This document shows positions 9,802 to 19,426 of a stretch of 64,000 nucleotides of DNA, one piece after another (within the stretch, counting starts at the first letter, position 1; each line of letters starts with the position of its first letter). The notes beneath the pieces are model-generated. The model saw only the letters and a program-made list of their open reading frames with translations, was not told the DNA's origin and made no database searches. The position numbers and the translations under genes were made by a program. Source of the DNA: Amphritea sp. (GTDB lineage Bacteria; Pseudomonadota; Gammaproteobacteria; Pseudomonadales; Balneatricaceae); contig JBALVQ010000011.1 in the NCBI GenBank assembly GCA_036960915.1, forward strand, positions 6,514 through 70,513, read 5' to 3'.

Positions 9802-10424
9802 AAGCTCAATACCTCCTGGGCGGGAACTCTGTTCGGCAAGGATGCCAGGTGTTCAAGGTCATCCGGGTTATCAACGTCAAAAGCGAGATTCTTCAGCTGC
9901 AACTGGGTGCAGTGCACGCCGCGCGCCAAAGCAGCTGCAAGATGGGCACGACTGGAACGAATACCAAAACAAAAAGGCACGACATCCGGCGGCGAAGTCA
10001 TCAGGGCATTGGTACCGTCATCGCTGGACGGGCAGATCACCACCGAAGGTGTTGACCGCCGATGGCTCAGCAAGATTTCGATCTCTTGTTCATCCAGCAC
10101 GGCGATATCAGCAGGTATCAGCAGTTGCGTATCGAATCCCTGAGAACAGCACCATTGTGCTGCCAGGTTAGCGGCTCCGTTGAGTCCATCAGGCTGGGTT
10201 TGCATCAGTACATGTGCATCAAAACCTGCGGCAATCTCTTGAATGCATGCTGAGCTCGTTACCACCAATACCGGGTAATCCGGAAAATGGCGACGCAGAA
10301 AATCAAGCGTTTCCTTAAATAGGGAAAGTGCCAAATCCTCCCGGTGACTCGAATCGAGCACTGCGGATAAACGCTGCTTGGACTGGCGCGGATCTTTCAT
10401 CGGTATGACGATACAAGTGTTCAT
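9786..10424 (-). CDS. cofC: F420 side-chain guanylyltransferase CofC
   Basis: IPMK...SKQRLS, GLN.A, IPADI, GTNAL, FG..S..AH, FDVDNPDDL. Confidence 0.92.
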   Translation of the reverse strand: MNTCIVIPMKDPRQSKQRLSAVLDSSHREDLALSLFKETLDFLRRHFPDYPVLVVTSSACIQEIAAGFDAHVLMQTQPDGLNGAANLAAQWCCSQGFDTQLLIPADIAVLDEQEIEILLSHRRSTPSVVICPSSDDGTNALMTSPPDVVPFCFGIRSSRAHLAAALARGVHCTQLQLKNLAFDVDNPDDLEHLASLPNRVPAQEVLSLWNSQ

Positions 10425-11545
10425 CGCATCGCCTCCTGCATGCCAGTGCCAGTCATCGGTTTTAATCGGTTCTGTGCGACAGGGTGATGCGCAGCGACCC
10501 CATTGCCCTTAACTGCTATGTCCTCAACTGTTTTGCCCTCAGCTATTTTGTACTCAACAATACGGGTCTGTTGATCCTTAGCTTCACTGCGCTGACTCTC
10601 ATAAAGATGAATCAGGGTGTCTGCCAGACGAATCTTGTTTTCCAGTGAGTACATCAAGGTATCGGTGGCCAACACCTGCAATCCCTTGGCAGCAAGTTCT
10701 GGCACCGCATCCCGATCCAGTTGATCGATCACCAGCGCGTCGAGCAGCCCTGCGTAACAGTCAGCTACACCCAGCACATCGCTGCTATAGCCTGCCGCCG
10801 CCATCATCCGGTCAGCCGGTCCTTTAACTGTTTGTCCGTTGATAATTGGAGACACCGCAACTTTATAGGCAGATGACTGCGCAAGTGCCTGACGAATACC
10901 GGGTACGGCAAGGATTGCACCGATACTGACAATAGGATTGCTCGGCGCAAAAACGATTAGATCGGCCTCGTTTATCGCCGCCAGTGCCTCGGGCGTCGGT
11001 TCTGCCTGTTCAATGCCGTCGATGGCAAACTCTAAAATTTCAGGCTGACAGGCTTCGCGTACAAAGTAGCTTTGAAAATCCAGCCAGCCCTGAGCAGTTT
11101 TTACCCGGTTTTGAATGCAGTCATCGGTCGGCAGGATAATATCCGTGTGCACTCCCAGGCGTCGCGCAATATGACGCGCTATTGTGGAAGGCCGTTCGCC
11201 CTTAAGGCGCTGTCCGGTGCGGTATATGTGGGTGGCGAAATCCTGGTCGCCCAGATACATCCAGGTATCCGCGCCCAGTCGGGTTAGCGCATCCAGCGTA
11301 CGGCTACTCTCCTCTTTAAGACCCCAGCCTTTTTCCCGGTCGATCATATCGGCCAGGGTATAGGTCAGGGTATCGATATCCGGGGATACCCATAAACCGT
11401 GGAATTCCTGGTCATCTGCGACATTACCGATGATGCTTAACTGCGCGCCGTAGCGGCTGCAGGCCAGACCCTCAGCCATCTTGGCGCCGCCCACACCTCC
11501 CGCCAACAGAACAATTTTGTAATCATGCTGCTTCGAGGTTCTCAT
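10421..11545 (-). CDS. cofD: LPPG:FO 2-phospho-L-lactate transferase CofD
   Basis: LAGGVGGAK, VSPDIDT, LGDQDFATH, APSNPIVSIG, VKGPA. Confidence 0.96.
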   Translation of the reverse strand: MRTSKQHDYKIVLLAGGVGGAKMAEGLACSRYGAQLSIIGNVADDQEFHGLWVSPDIDTLTYTLADMIDREKGWGLKEESSRTLDALTRLGADTWMYLGDQDFATHIYRTGQRLKGERPSTIARHIARRLGVHTDIILPTDDCIQNRVKTAQGWLDFQSYFVREACQPEILEFAIDGIEQAEPTPEALAAINEADLIVFAPSNPIVSIGAILAVPGIRQALAQSSAYKVAVSPIINGQTVKGPADRMMAAAGYSSDVLGVADCYAGLLDALVIDQLDRDAVPELAAKGLQVLATDTLMYSLENKIRLADTLIHLYESQRSEAKDQQTRIVEYKIAEGKTVEDIAVKGNGVAAHHPVAQNRLKPMTGTGMQEAMR

Positions 11546-12897
11546 GCCACACCTCCCGCGCTGGTAGCGATCAACTGATGGCCATGCTGACTTAAAGGTG
11601 TGCTCCGGGAGCGACTATAGTCTTTCAGGTTTGTAACCTTCTCCTGAACGTCTAAGTCCTGTTCTTCTAAGTCATGTTCTTCTAAGTCATGAGCCTCTAA
11701 ATCCTGGGCCTCGAATACTTCCAGCGCCTGATACAGTGTTCCACGGCGCATCGGAACCCGCCCAGCGTCGCGGATCATCCTTATCATCTCTTCGGGTACG
11801 ATCTCCTGACCGTGCTTACCGCCAGACGCCCGGGAGATGCTTTCGTTCATCAGCGTGCCACCCAGATCGTTAGCACCGGAACGCAACATTTGCTGAGCAT
11901 AAGCAGGCCCCAGCTTGACCCAGGAAGCCTGGATGTTATCGATCCAACCGTTGAGCATCAGACGGGCAACCGCATGCATGCGGATGTTCTCATTGGCTGT
12001 CGGGCCAGGCCGTACATTTGAATTATTTACATAAAGCGGTGAGTCGTAGTGAACAAACCCCAAAGGAACCAGCTCGGTGAAACCTCCGGTCTCCTTTTGA
12101 ATATCACGTAGCTTGGCGATATGTGCCGCCCAGTGGCGTGGCTCATCAATATGCCCATACATAATGGTTGCAGTAGTCGGCAGACCCAGACGGTGGGCCG
12201 TTTTAATAATATCCACCCACTGCTCTGTGGTGAGCTTATCTTTCGTCAGCTGCTGGCGGATCTCGACATCGAGAATTTCCGCCGCCGTACCAGGCATCGA
12301 ATCCAGGCCGTGATCGATCAAATCCTGAATAAACTCGGCAGTCGTCATCTTACTTTTAAGGGCACCGAACCAGATCTCAAATGGCGAGAATGCATGGATA
12401 TGGATATCCGGTACTCTTTGCTTGATTGCCTTGAGGATGTTGCGGTAATGGCTGCCATCGATATTGGGATGCAGGCCGCCCTGAATGCAGACTTCTGTCG
12501 CGCCCTTATCCCAGGCCTCCTGAGCACGATTGGCAATTTCATCCATGGATAGTAGTTCCGCCTGAGGATCTTCCTTACGCTTGGCGAAACCGCAAAACTT
12601 ACACCCCATGTAACAAACATTGGTGAAGTTAATATTACGGGTGATGACAAAGCTGGCGCGCTCCCCTACCGCTTGTTCACGCAAATGATCTGCCGTAGCA
12701 ACCAGCGCCTCAAGTTCAGCTCCTTCGGTTTGAAACAGGGTAATGGCATCCGCTTCACTCAGCTCCTGACCGCCAATCACATTCATTAGGATTTGACGGA
12801 TTCCCGATTCGATTCCCTCCAGGCTTTGCAATAAGGCACCGCCGATAGCGGGCATGTGACTCGGCTGTTGAGTCGCTACAGTTTTATAGGTGCTCAT
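11542..12897 (-). CDS. cofH: FO synthase subunit 2 (radical SAM) CofH
   Basis: RNINFTNVCYMGCKFCGF, EVCIQGG, SMPGTAAEIL, NIQASWVKLG, GGTLMNESISR. Confidence 0.93.
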   Translation of the reverse strand: MSTYKTVATQQPSHMPAIGGALLQSLEGIESGIRQILMNVIGGQELSEADAITLFQTEGAELEALVATADHLREQAVGERASFVITRNINFTNVCYMGCKFCGFAKRKEDPQAELLSMDEIANRAQEAWDKGATEVCIQGGLHPNIDGSHYRNILKAIKQRVPDIHIHAFSPFEIWFGALKSKMTTAEFIQDLIDHGLDSMPGTAAEILDVEIRQQLTKDKLTTEQWVDIIKTAHRLGLPTTATIMYGHIDEPRHWAAHIAKLRDIQKETGGFTELVPLGFVHYDSPLYVNNSNVRPGPTANENIRMHAVARLMLNGWIDNIQASWVKLGPAYAQQMLRSGANDLGGTLMNESISRASGGKHGQEIVPEEMIRMIRDAGRVPMRRGTLYQALEVFEAQDLEAHDLEEHDLEEQDLDVQEKVTNLKDYSRSRSTPLSQHGHQLIATSAGGVA

Positions 12898-13060
12898 GTT
12901 GAATCTCCTGCATATTGATCAGGGATACGAAGGACTTGCATGAATAAGTAAGGCGATCCCCGGCGAGGAAATCCTGTGTTGCCAAGGCTTGCATCCGCAG
13001 CGTCTCTGACTCGATAGCTGTGGCATTGCCTGGTTTCAGTACTTGTTCGTGTAACAACAT
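12884..13060 (-). pseudogene. cofG: 58-aa ORF resembling the N-terminus of CofG (internally deleted remnant)
   Basis: MLLHEQ...LRMQALATQDFLAGDRLTYSCKSFVSLINMQEIQHEHL*; TYSCKSFVSLINM resembles CofG TYSRKVFIPLTNL, and similarity stops before CxxxCxxC; GGAGG RBS; overlaps cofH start. Confidence 0.65.
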
Positions 13061-13147
13061 TTCAGTCGGCCTCCGTTATTATTTTTATTTACGGATTCTG
13101 TTGGATCTCGGCATTTGCACGATTGCCGGTTCGCTCAAGAATTAAGT

Positions 13148-13196
13148 TTTACCGCTTGGTAAAGTTATATTAGACGTACTTTTACCAGATGGTCAA
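13148..13196 (-). promoter_or_regulatory. Two RutR-type operators overlapping the cof operon promoter
   Basis: TTTACCGCTTGGTAAA (13148-13163) and TTTACCAGATGGTCAA (13181-13196) versus RutR consensus TTGACCAnnTGGTCAA; TTGACC-N18-TAATAT on minus strand. Confidence 0.75.
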
Positions 13197-13502
13197 GGCT
13201 TTTTTGAAGCATAACAAAACCTCTTTTCCGAATGCATGGAAACAAAGGCGTGGCCTAAAGCACTTGGATTGTTAAATAATTGGCGCCAGGAAAGAGAGTA
13301 AAGAACAGGATTAAACTATTGATTAAATTAAGAATATTGCATAAGAAGCAATAAACAACAGACAGCTGGCAGACAGCATTAACCAAGGCTACAACAAGGC
13401 GAGCAGTAATGAGGAGTAAATAATTTAATGAAGGATAAGCAGAAGGAATTGGGAAGCACCCGGCATTTAGCTAACGGACCTTCCCTCAATATTCAGAAGA
13501 AA

Positions 13503-14177
13503 TTACCTTAAACCGATTCCTTTCAGGATCACATGAGCAAGGAAATCGCTGGCGTTCTGGAAGTCTTCTGCCTCCAATTCCTCTTTGCCCAAAGACAGCT
13601 TAATCTGGGTTGAAAAGTCTGCATAGGTTTGTGTGGATGACCAGATTACGAAAAACAGATGGTACGGATCAATCGGATCCATTTTGCCGTCGGCGATCCA
13701 GCTTTTTACCAGATCCACATCCGCTTCAAGCGTTTTTTTAAGATGGGATTGCAGATAATCCTTGAGATACGGTGCGCCGTTAATGATCTCATTGGCAAAC
13801 ACCTTAGAGCCATTGGGATGGGTACGTGAGAGCTCGACCTTGCCTCTGATGTAGTTCTCCAGCATTGCAGCTGGATCCTCTCCCAACTGATCCAGCAACA
13901 CCATTTTCTGCAACCAAAGATCAACTATCTTTTCCAGCACTCGGCGATAAAGGATCTCTTTGGAGGGAAAATAGTAAAGCATGTTCTGCTTGGACATACC
14001 TGCCTGCTCGGCGATACTCTCTATTGCGGCGCCGTTGTAGCCGAACTTTGCAAAGATATCTTCAGCAACACCCAGAATACGATCTTCATGAGCCTCACGA
14101 ACATGAGAGCGACGACGAGGCTTTTTCTGTACGACTTCTTCCGTTGAATTTGACATTAACAGGTTCCAAAAAAGCAT
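13503..14177 (-). CDS. rutR: TetR family regulator, RutR-like
   Basis: IAEQAGMSKQNMLYYFPSKE, SKVFANEII.GAP, IWSSTQTYADF (RutR C-terminal signature). Confidence 0.85.
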   Translation of the reverse strand: MLFWNLLMSNSTEEVVQKKPRRRSHVREAHEDRILGVAEDIFAKFGYNGAAIESIAEQAGMSKQNMLYYFPSKEILYRRVLEKIVDLWLQKMVLLDQLGEDPAAMLENYIRGKVELSRTHPNGSKVFANEIINGAPYLKDYLQSHLKKTLEADVDLVKSWIADGKMDPIDPYHLFFVIWSSTQTYADFSTQIKLSLGKEELEAEDFQNASDFLAHVILKGIGLR

Positions 14178-14200
14178 TAGTAGTAAGACATTTGAAACAT

Positions 14201-14216
14201 TTTACCACATGGTCAT
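14201..14216. promoter_or_regulatory. RutR-type operator upstream of rutR (autoregulation)
   Basis: TTTACCACATGGTCAT. Confidence 0.65.
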
Positions 14217-14364
14217 AGCTTAAGCACTTTGCTATCCGAATTCACGCAGTAGCCGTATGTGGTTTTCAGGCTTCTGCCGTAAAGCCCTCACCTGGCCTGG
14301 GCGCTGCGCAACGTGCCAAACATTCTTTGTATCTTTACGGCTGTCCCGTTTGGCGTTGCTTTTA

Positions 14365-15786
14365 TCATTGATAGGCACCCCAGCCCATTTTTTTAACCCA
14401 TACTCGTGTGAGGACAAGATGGACAATACCCGCAAGTACACAAGAAGGTAGAGAAGCTGAAATGAATTGAAAAATAGATACGTTATCGAGCGTCTGAGGG
14501 TTGAAAATCAGCACATATACAACAAATCCTGACACTAGAGCCAGTAGCGCAGATGGGTTGAATCCATTCAAGTATTTATACGGTGACAGGTCATCACTGG
14601 CAAATACACCCCGCAGATTGATACGCTGAGCTCTTAGGAAGAAGTAATCGGCTATACCAATCCCTGCCAGCGAACTATTCAGTGCTGACGTCCAAACCAG
14701 AAAGATAAAGAATCCGTCGTAGATACCCGGCGCCAGAAAAACGATAGCTATTGGCGGCAAACAAAAGGCCACCACAAGGAAGCCCCATTTGATCTCTCGT
14801 AGCTGTTTGCCTATCACCTGCCGCAGACCGACAATAGAAGTGTAAAGAATATTTATCATGCTCGTCACGTTTGCAAAAGCAACAAACCCCAGTGCTATCA
14901 CACCGAAGACTATTCCACCAATATGCGTCATCCAAACGGTTGGATCACTATCACCAAATGCTGCTGCAGCCAGTAACCCTACTACCTCTCCAAGTGCTGC
15001 AGCAGCAAAAACACCAATAAGATTTGGCCAAAAAGCTGTGCGCTCATTTTTGCTGAGCCTTGCAAGGTTGCCCAGATATGGCCACCATGAAAAGCCCGCA
15101 GCCATATTCACTTCTACGGCGATCATGAAGTTCACTCGCTTGTCTTCAAAAGGCGCATCCAGTGCCGACAATGCCATCAACTCATCAAATGTATGGTTAC
15201 TGAAGATCAGGTACAACATCGTACCCATAATTAAAACCAGGGTTGGTGCAACAATGGTATTGAAGACCTTAATTGATGTAGGGCCTTTCACGACCACATA
15301 AGCAGTCACCAGAATTGATACAAAGGCCGCGATATACACCAACAATCCCTGGGGTTGAACTTCACGCTCTGTCAGTAATCCCGTCAAACCGTCTATCGAT
15401 CGGCCAAACATTAGTCCCAGCACTGCCAGCCAACCCATAGTAAGAAAAACGACGGCCAACAAATAAACTAAACGACTTCCGTTTGTTCCAAACATACTTC
15501 GTAAATATGTAAACTGTTCAGTACCGTATTTACCACAAGGGACACAGGTAGACATCGCCATGACGACAACACCCAGGATGTTACCGATCACGATGGCAGC
15601 AATACCCTCTTTTGGGCCGACAAACAAAGCGGTCGCACCACCTATCAAAAAAGCCCAGGTAGCAATGGCCAGTGCAGAGTTCGCATAGGAAAACTCCCAG
15701 AAACCCCACATCCGTTCTGAAGGCAGAAGCGGCGCATCGCCACGCTCAGCTGCCACTCTCAAATAAACTTTACTGTTCGACGACAT
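14365..15786 (-). CDS. Purine/cytosine permease family (NCS1) transporter
   Basis: About 12 TM segments, PLLPSER, FGTNGS, SWWPY; start at MSSNSK. Confidence 0.82.
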   Translation of the reverse strand: MSSNSKVYLRVAAERGDAPLLPSERMWGFWEFSYANSALAIATWAFLIGGATALFVGPKEGIAAIVIGNILGVVVMAMSTCVPCGKYGTEQFTYLRSMFGTNGSRLVYLLAVVFLTMGWLAVLGLMFGRSIDGLTGLLTEREVQPQGLLVYIAAFVSILVTAYVVVKGPTSIKVFNTIVAPTLVLIMGTMLYLIFSNHTFDELMALSALDAPFEDKRVNFMIAVEVNMAAGFSWWPYLGNLARLSKNERTAFWPNLIGVFAAAALGEVVGLLAAAAFGDSDPTVWMTHIGGIVFGVIALGFVAFANVTSMINILYTSIVGLRQVIGKQLREIKWGFLVVAFCLPPIAIVFLAPGIYDGFFIFLVWTSALNSSLAGIGIADYFFLRAQRINLRGVFASDDLSPYKYLNGFNPSALLALVSGFVVYVLIFNPQTLDNVSIFQFISASLPSCVLAGIVHLVLTRVWVKKMGWGAYQ

Positions 15787-15788
15787 TC

Positions 15789-15962
15789 TCAATACGCCCA
15801 GGTATAGAGTGCTATAACAAGCCCCAGTGTCAACATAACCAGAACGGCATAATCAATTAATTGTAGAGCGCCACGCCAATCATTATTTTCTTCCATTTCT
15901 TCATACACGCGTATGCGTCGCTCAAGGTCTTTGGCGCGCCTCATCGTTTCGTCATCACTCAT
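15789..15962 (-). CDS. Small single-pass membrane protein (57 aa, not in ORF track)
   Basis: MSDDETMRRAKDLERRIRVYEEMEENNDWRGALQLIDYAVLVMLTLGLVIALYTWAY*; AAGAGAGG RBS; stop lies 2 nt before permease ATG. Confidence 0.75.
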   Translation of the reverse strand: MSDDETMRRAKDLERRIRVYEEMEENNDWRGALQLIDYAVLVMLTLGLVIALYTWAY

Positions 15963-16223
15963 GGGAAAACCTCTCTTGGTTTATAGTTATTATACAAGTG
16001 ATGTATTTTGCCGCGCATTCCCAGGGAGCCTACGATTAAACCCTTTTCAGGCGAACTGATCCTACGTGCTGACCATCTGGCCCACGTCCTTACGAAGTCT
16101 TGTCTTTACGAAGTTTTATCCTTACGAGGCGTTATAGGTAAACAAATCCAGAATGGGATAAAGAAGGAAGGGAGAATACGGTTTCGAGCAACAAGGAGGC
16201 TCTTCACAGCAATTTTTTAACGA

Positions 16224-16263
16224 AAAAAGACAGGCGCCTCTGCAAAGAGGGCCTGCCAAAAAA
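16224..16263 (-). terminator. Rho-independent terminator after mmsA
   Basis: CAGGC(G)CCTCT-gcaa-AGAGGGCCTG stem flanked by A-tracts. Confidence 0.55.
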
Positions 16264-16385
16264 TGTCGGTTTTAGGAGCTGACTCTAACACTCCTGTTAC
16301 CGCCTGAAATGCTCGGTATAACCTTCAGGGCTTCTTACTTTAAAAGCATGAGAAGCGCCTGAAGGAGTCTCTGGAGAGAAATGTA

Positions 16386-17876
16386 TTAGCTTGGGAAAGC
16401 GAACGATACGCCTTCACGCACACCGCTTGAAGGCCAGCGCTGAGTGATCGTCTTGCGCTTGGTGTAGAAACGTACCGCATCAGGACCGTAGGCATGCAGA
16501 TCACCGAACAGAGAGCGCTTCCAGCCGCCGAAGCTGTGGTAGGAAACAGGTACCGGCAGCGGTACGTTGATACCAACCATACCCACCTGAATGTTGTCAG
16601 AGAAGTAGCGTGCTGCTTCACCATCACGGGTAAAGATACAAGTACCATTACCGTATTCGTGATCGTTGATCAGCTGCATCGCTTCCTCCATGCTGTTGGC
16701 ACGAACGACTTGCAGTACCGGCCCGAAGATCTCTTCCTGGTAGCTCTGCATCTCAACGGTTACACCGTCGATCAGGGTTGCACCAACGAAGAAGCCTTCT
16801 GCGTAGCCTTCAACCTGAGGGTTACGGCCATCAACTACAATTTTACAACCGTCCTGCTCAGCGCTGTCGATATAACCGACAACTTTCTGCTGGTGCTGGC
16901 GGGTAATTACCGGACCAAAATCGTTGCTGCTATCAGTCGCGGCACCCACTTTCAGTGACTGCATGGCAGCACTCATCTTGGCAACCAGCGCATCAGCGGC
17001 ATCATCGCCTACGGCAACAGCTACAGACAGCGCCATGCAACGCTCGCCGGAAGAACCAAAGGCAGCACCCAGCAACTGGTTTACAGCGTTATCCATGTCA
17101 GCATCAGGCATTACGATAGCGTGGTTTTTCGCACCACCCAGCGCCTGGCAACGCTTGCCGTTAGCATTGGCAGTGCTGTAGATATACTCGGCAATTGGCG
17201 TAGAACCAACGAAGCTCACTGCTTTGACACGCTCATCGCGCAGCAGTACATCAACGGCTTCCTTATCACCGTTTACGACGTTCATTACGCCATTAGGAAG
17301 GCCGGCTTCCTGCAACAACTGCGCAATAAACAGAGTGGAGCTTGGATCACGCTCGGATGGCTTCAGTATAAAAGTGTTACCGCAGGCAATCGCCATTGGG
17401 TACATCCACAGCGGTACCATTGCAGGGAAGTTAAACGGCGTAATACCGGTCACGACACCCAGTGGCTGGAACTCGCTCCATGAATCGATATTCGGACCAA
17501 CATTGCGGCTATGCTCGCCTTTTAGCAGCTCGGCAACGCCACAAGCGTACTCAACATTTTCGATACCACGCTGCAGCTCACCGGCAGCATCATGGCTGAT
17601 CTTGCCGTGCTCTTCGCCGATCATCTGAACGATTTTTTCAGCATTTTGTTCCAGCAGCGCCTTGAAGCGGAACATCACTGCTGCACGCTTGCCAACTGGC
17701 GTATTACGCCATGCAGGGAAAGCAGCCTGTGCCGCGGCGATAGCTTCTTCTACAGTTTCTTTAGACGCCAGAGCAACCTGCTTGGTAGCAGCACCGGTAG
17801 CTGGATCGAATACATCTTGGGTACGCGCTGCATCGGTACGGTTTTCACCGTTAATCAAATGGCCTACGATTGTCAT
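16386..17876 (-). CDS. mmsA: CoA-acylating (methyl)malonate-semialdehyde dehydrogenase
   Basis: ITPFNFPAMVP, LKPSERDP, GGAKNH, AFGSSGERCMA, EEIFGPVL, GINVPLPVP. Confidence 0.95.
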   Translation of the reverse strand: MTIVGHLINGENRTDAARTQDVFDPATGAATKQVALASKETVEEAIAAAQAAFPAWRNTPVGKRAAVMFRFKALLEQNAEKIVQMIGEEHGKISHDAAGELQRGIENVEYACGVAELLKGEHSRNVGPNIDSWSEFQPLGVVTGITPFNFPAMVPLWMYPMAIACGNTFILKPSERDPSSTLFIAQLLQEAGLPNGVMNVVNGDKEAVDVLLRDERVKAVSFVGSTPIAEYIYSTANANGKRCQALGGAKNHAIVMPDADMDNAVNQLLGAAFGSSGERCMALSVAVAVGDDAADALVAKMSAAMQSLKVGAATDSSNDFGPVITRQHQQKVVGYIDSAEQDGCKIVVDGRNPQVEGYAEGFFVGATLIDGVTVEMQSYQEEIFGPVLQVVRANSMEEAMQLINDHEYGNGTCIFTRDGEAARYFSDNIQVGMVGINVPLPVPVSYHSFGGWKRSLFGDLHAYGPDAVRFYTKRKTITQRWPSSGVREGVSFAFPS

Positions 17877-17953
17877 CTTATTTCCTCAATTTTTATTTTT
17901 GGAGCCTCTGAAACAGTCCAGAAGCTCCTGAGTTCTCGCTACTGCTAAAGAAC

Positions 17954-19300
17954 TTAATCTAATTCGTTAATGGAATCGCCAAGGGCGTTAATTACACGAT
18001 CGATCTCATCGATCTCAACAGTAAACGGCAGACCCAGCTGAATGGTGTCACCGCCACAACGTACATAGAAACCTTTCTCCCAGCACTTCATTGCAATCTG
18101 GAATGGACGCAAACCAGGCTCTCCCGGAGCAGACTCAATCGTCAAGGCACCGGCCAGTCCGTAGTTACGAATATCCGATACATACTTAGTGCCCTTCAGG
18201 CTATGCAACATTTCCTGGAATTGCGGCGCTATCGATTTTACCCGCTCGACCAGTTTGTCATTCTTCAAAATATCCAGAGAAGCCAGACCTGCTGCACAGG
18301 CAACCGGATGCGCAGAATAAGTATAGCCGTGTGGCAACTCCAGCATATATTCTGCGCCACCCGCTTCCATGAAGGTATCGTAGATTTCCTGCTTGGCAAC
18401 CATTGCACCCATTGGTATAACACCATTGGTCAACTGCTTTGCCACGGTCATCATGTCAGGTACCACACCGAACTCTTCAGAACCGGTATTTGAACCCATG
18501 CGACCGAAGCCGGTGATAACCTCATCGAAGATCAACAGAATATTGTGCTTGTCACAGATCTCACGCAGACGCTTCAGGTAGCCTTTTGGTGGCGGTATAA
18601 CACCTGCAGAGCCCGCCAGTGGCTCGACAATCACCGCAGCAATATTAGATGCATCATGCAAGGCTAGCATTGCTTCCAGCTCGTCCGCCAGATGGGCGCC
18701 GGTTTCCGGCATGCCCTTAGTAAACAGGTTTTCTGGCAGCATAGTGTGTGGCAGATGAACAGCATCAATACCCTGACCGTAGAGCACACGGTTACCAACA
18801 ATACCACCGACGCTTACGCCACCCCAGTTAACCCCGTGATAGCCTTTAGCCCGACCGATGAAACGGGTCTTGCTAGCCTGGCCTTTCTTGCGCCAGTATG
18901 CACGGGCAATTTTCAGCGCGGTTTCAACAGACTCGGAACCTGAACCGGTAAAGAAGACTCGATTGAGACCCTCTGGCATCAGCTCTGTAATGCGGTGGGC
19001 CAACTCAAAAGACTTGGGATGCGCATATTGAAAGGCTGGTGCGTAATCCAGTTCTTTAACCTGACGGCTTACCGCTTCAACAATCTCCGGGCGGCTGTGT
19101 CCTGCACCACAGGTCCACAGACCAGAAAGGCCATCAAATATTTTTCGTCCATCAGCAGAGGTGTAATAATTGCCCTCTGCGGAAACGATGAGTCGTGGAT
19201 CTTTCTTAAATTCACGATTGCCAGAGTATGGCATCCAGTGAGCATCTAGCTGCTCCTGAGATAATCCGCACTGGGCCAGGGCTTCATTTTTATTTTGCAT
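17954..19300 (-). CDS. Beta-alanine:pyruvate (omega-amino acid) aminotransferase, BauA-like
   Basis: HWMPYSGNR, DGLSGLW, FDEVITGFGR, AK lysine, HGYTYSAHP; adjacent to mmsA. Confidence 0.9.
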   Translation of the reverse strand: MQNKNEALAQCGLSQEQLDAHWMPYSGNREFKKDPRLIVSAEGNYYTSADGRKIFDGLSGLWTCGAGHSRPEIVEAVSRQVKELDYAPAFQYAHPKSFELAHRITELMPEGLNRVFFTGSGSESVETALKIARAYWRKKGQASKTRFIGRAKGYHGVNWGGVSVGGIVGNRVLYGQGIDAVHLPHTMLPENLFTKGMPETGAHLADELEAMLALHDASNIAAVIVEPLAGSAGVIPPPKGYLKRLREICDKHNILLIFDEVITGFGRMGSNTGSEEFGVVPDMMTVAKQLTNGVIPMGAMVAKQEIYDTFMEAGGAEYMLELPHGYTYSAHPVACAAGLASLDILKNDKLVERVKSIAPQFQEMLHSLKGTKYVSDIRNYGLAGALTIESAPGEPGLRPFQIAMKCWEKGFYVRCGGDTIQLGLPFTVEIDEIDRVINALGDSINELD

Positions 19301-19426
19301 TTGCCACCTCAGAGGTCTCATAGTGTTTGTTCAAAAGTTGACTCTATTATGACCAGACTGATAGGTTATTAAATTCAAACATTTTTAACTTATGTTAAGT
19401 AATTAGTTATCTATCGATTTTATACT

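Noticed and set aside
11542-12897. MqnC/MqnE (futalosine pathway) or fused FbiC
   Set aside because: Single radical SAM domain with the CofH-type GGTLMNESISR motif inside a cof operon
19349-19364. RutR box upstream of the aminotransferase (ATGACCAGACTGATAG)
   Set aside because: Only one half-site matches
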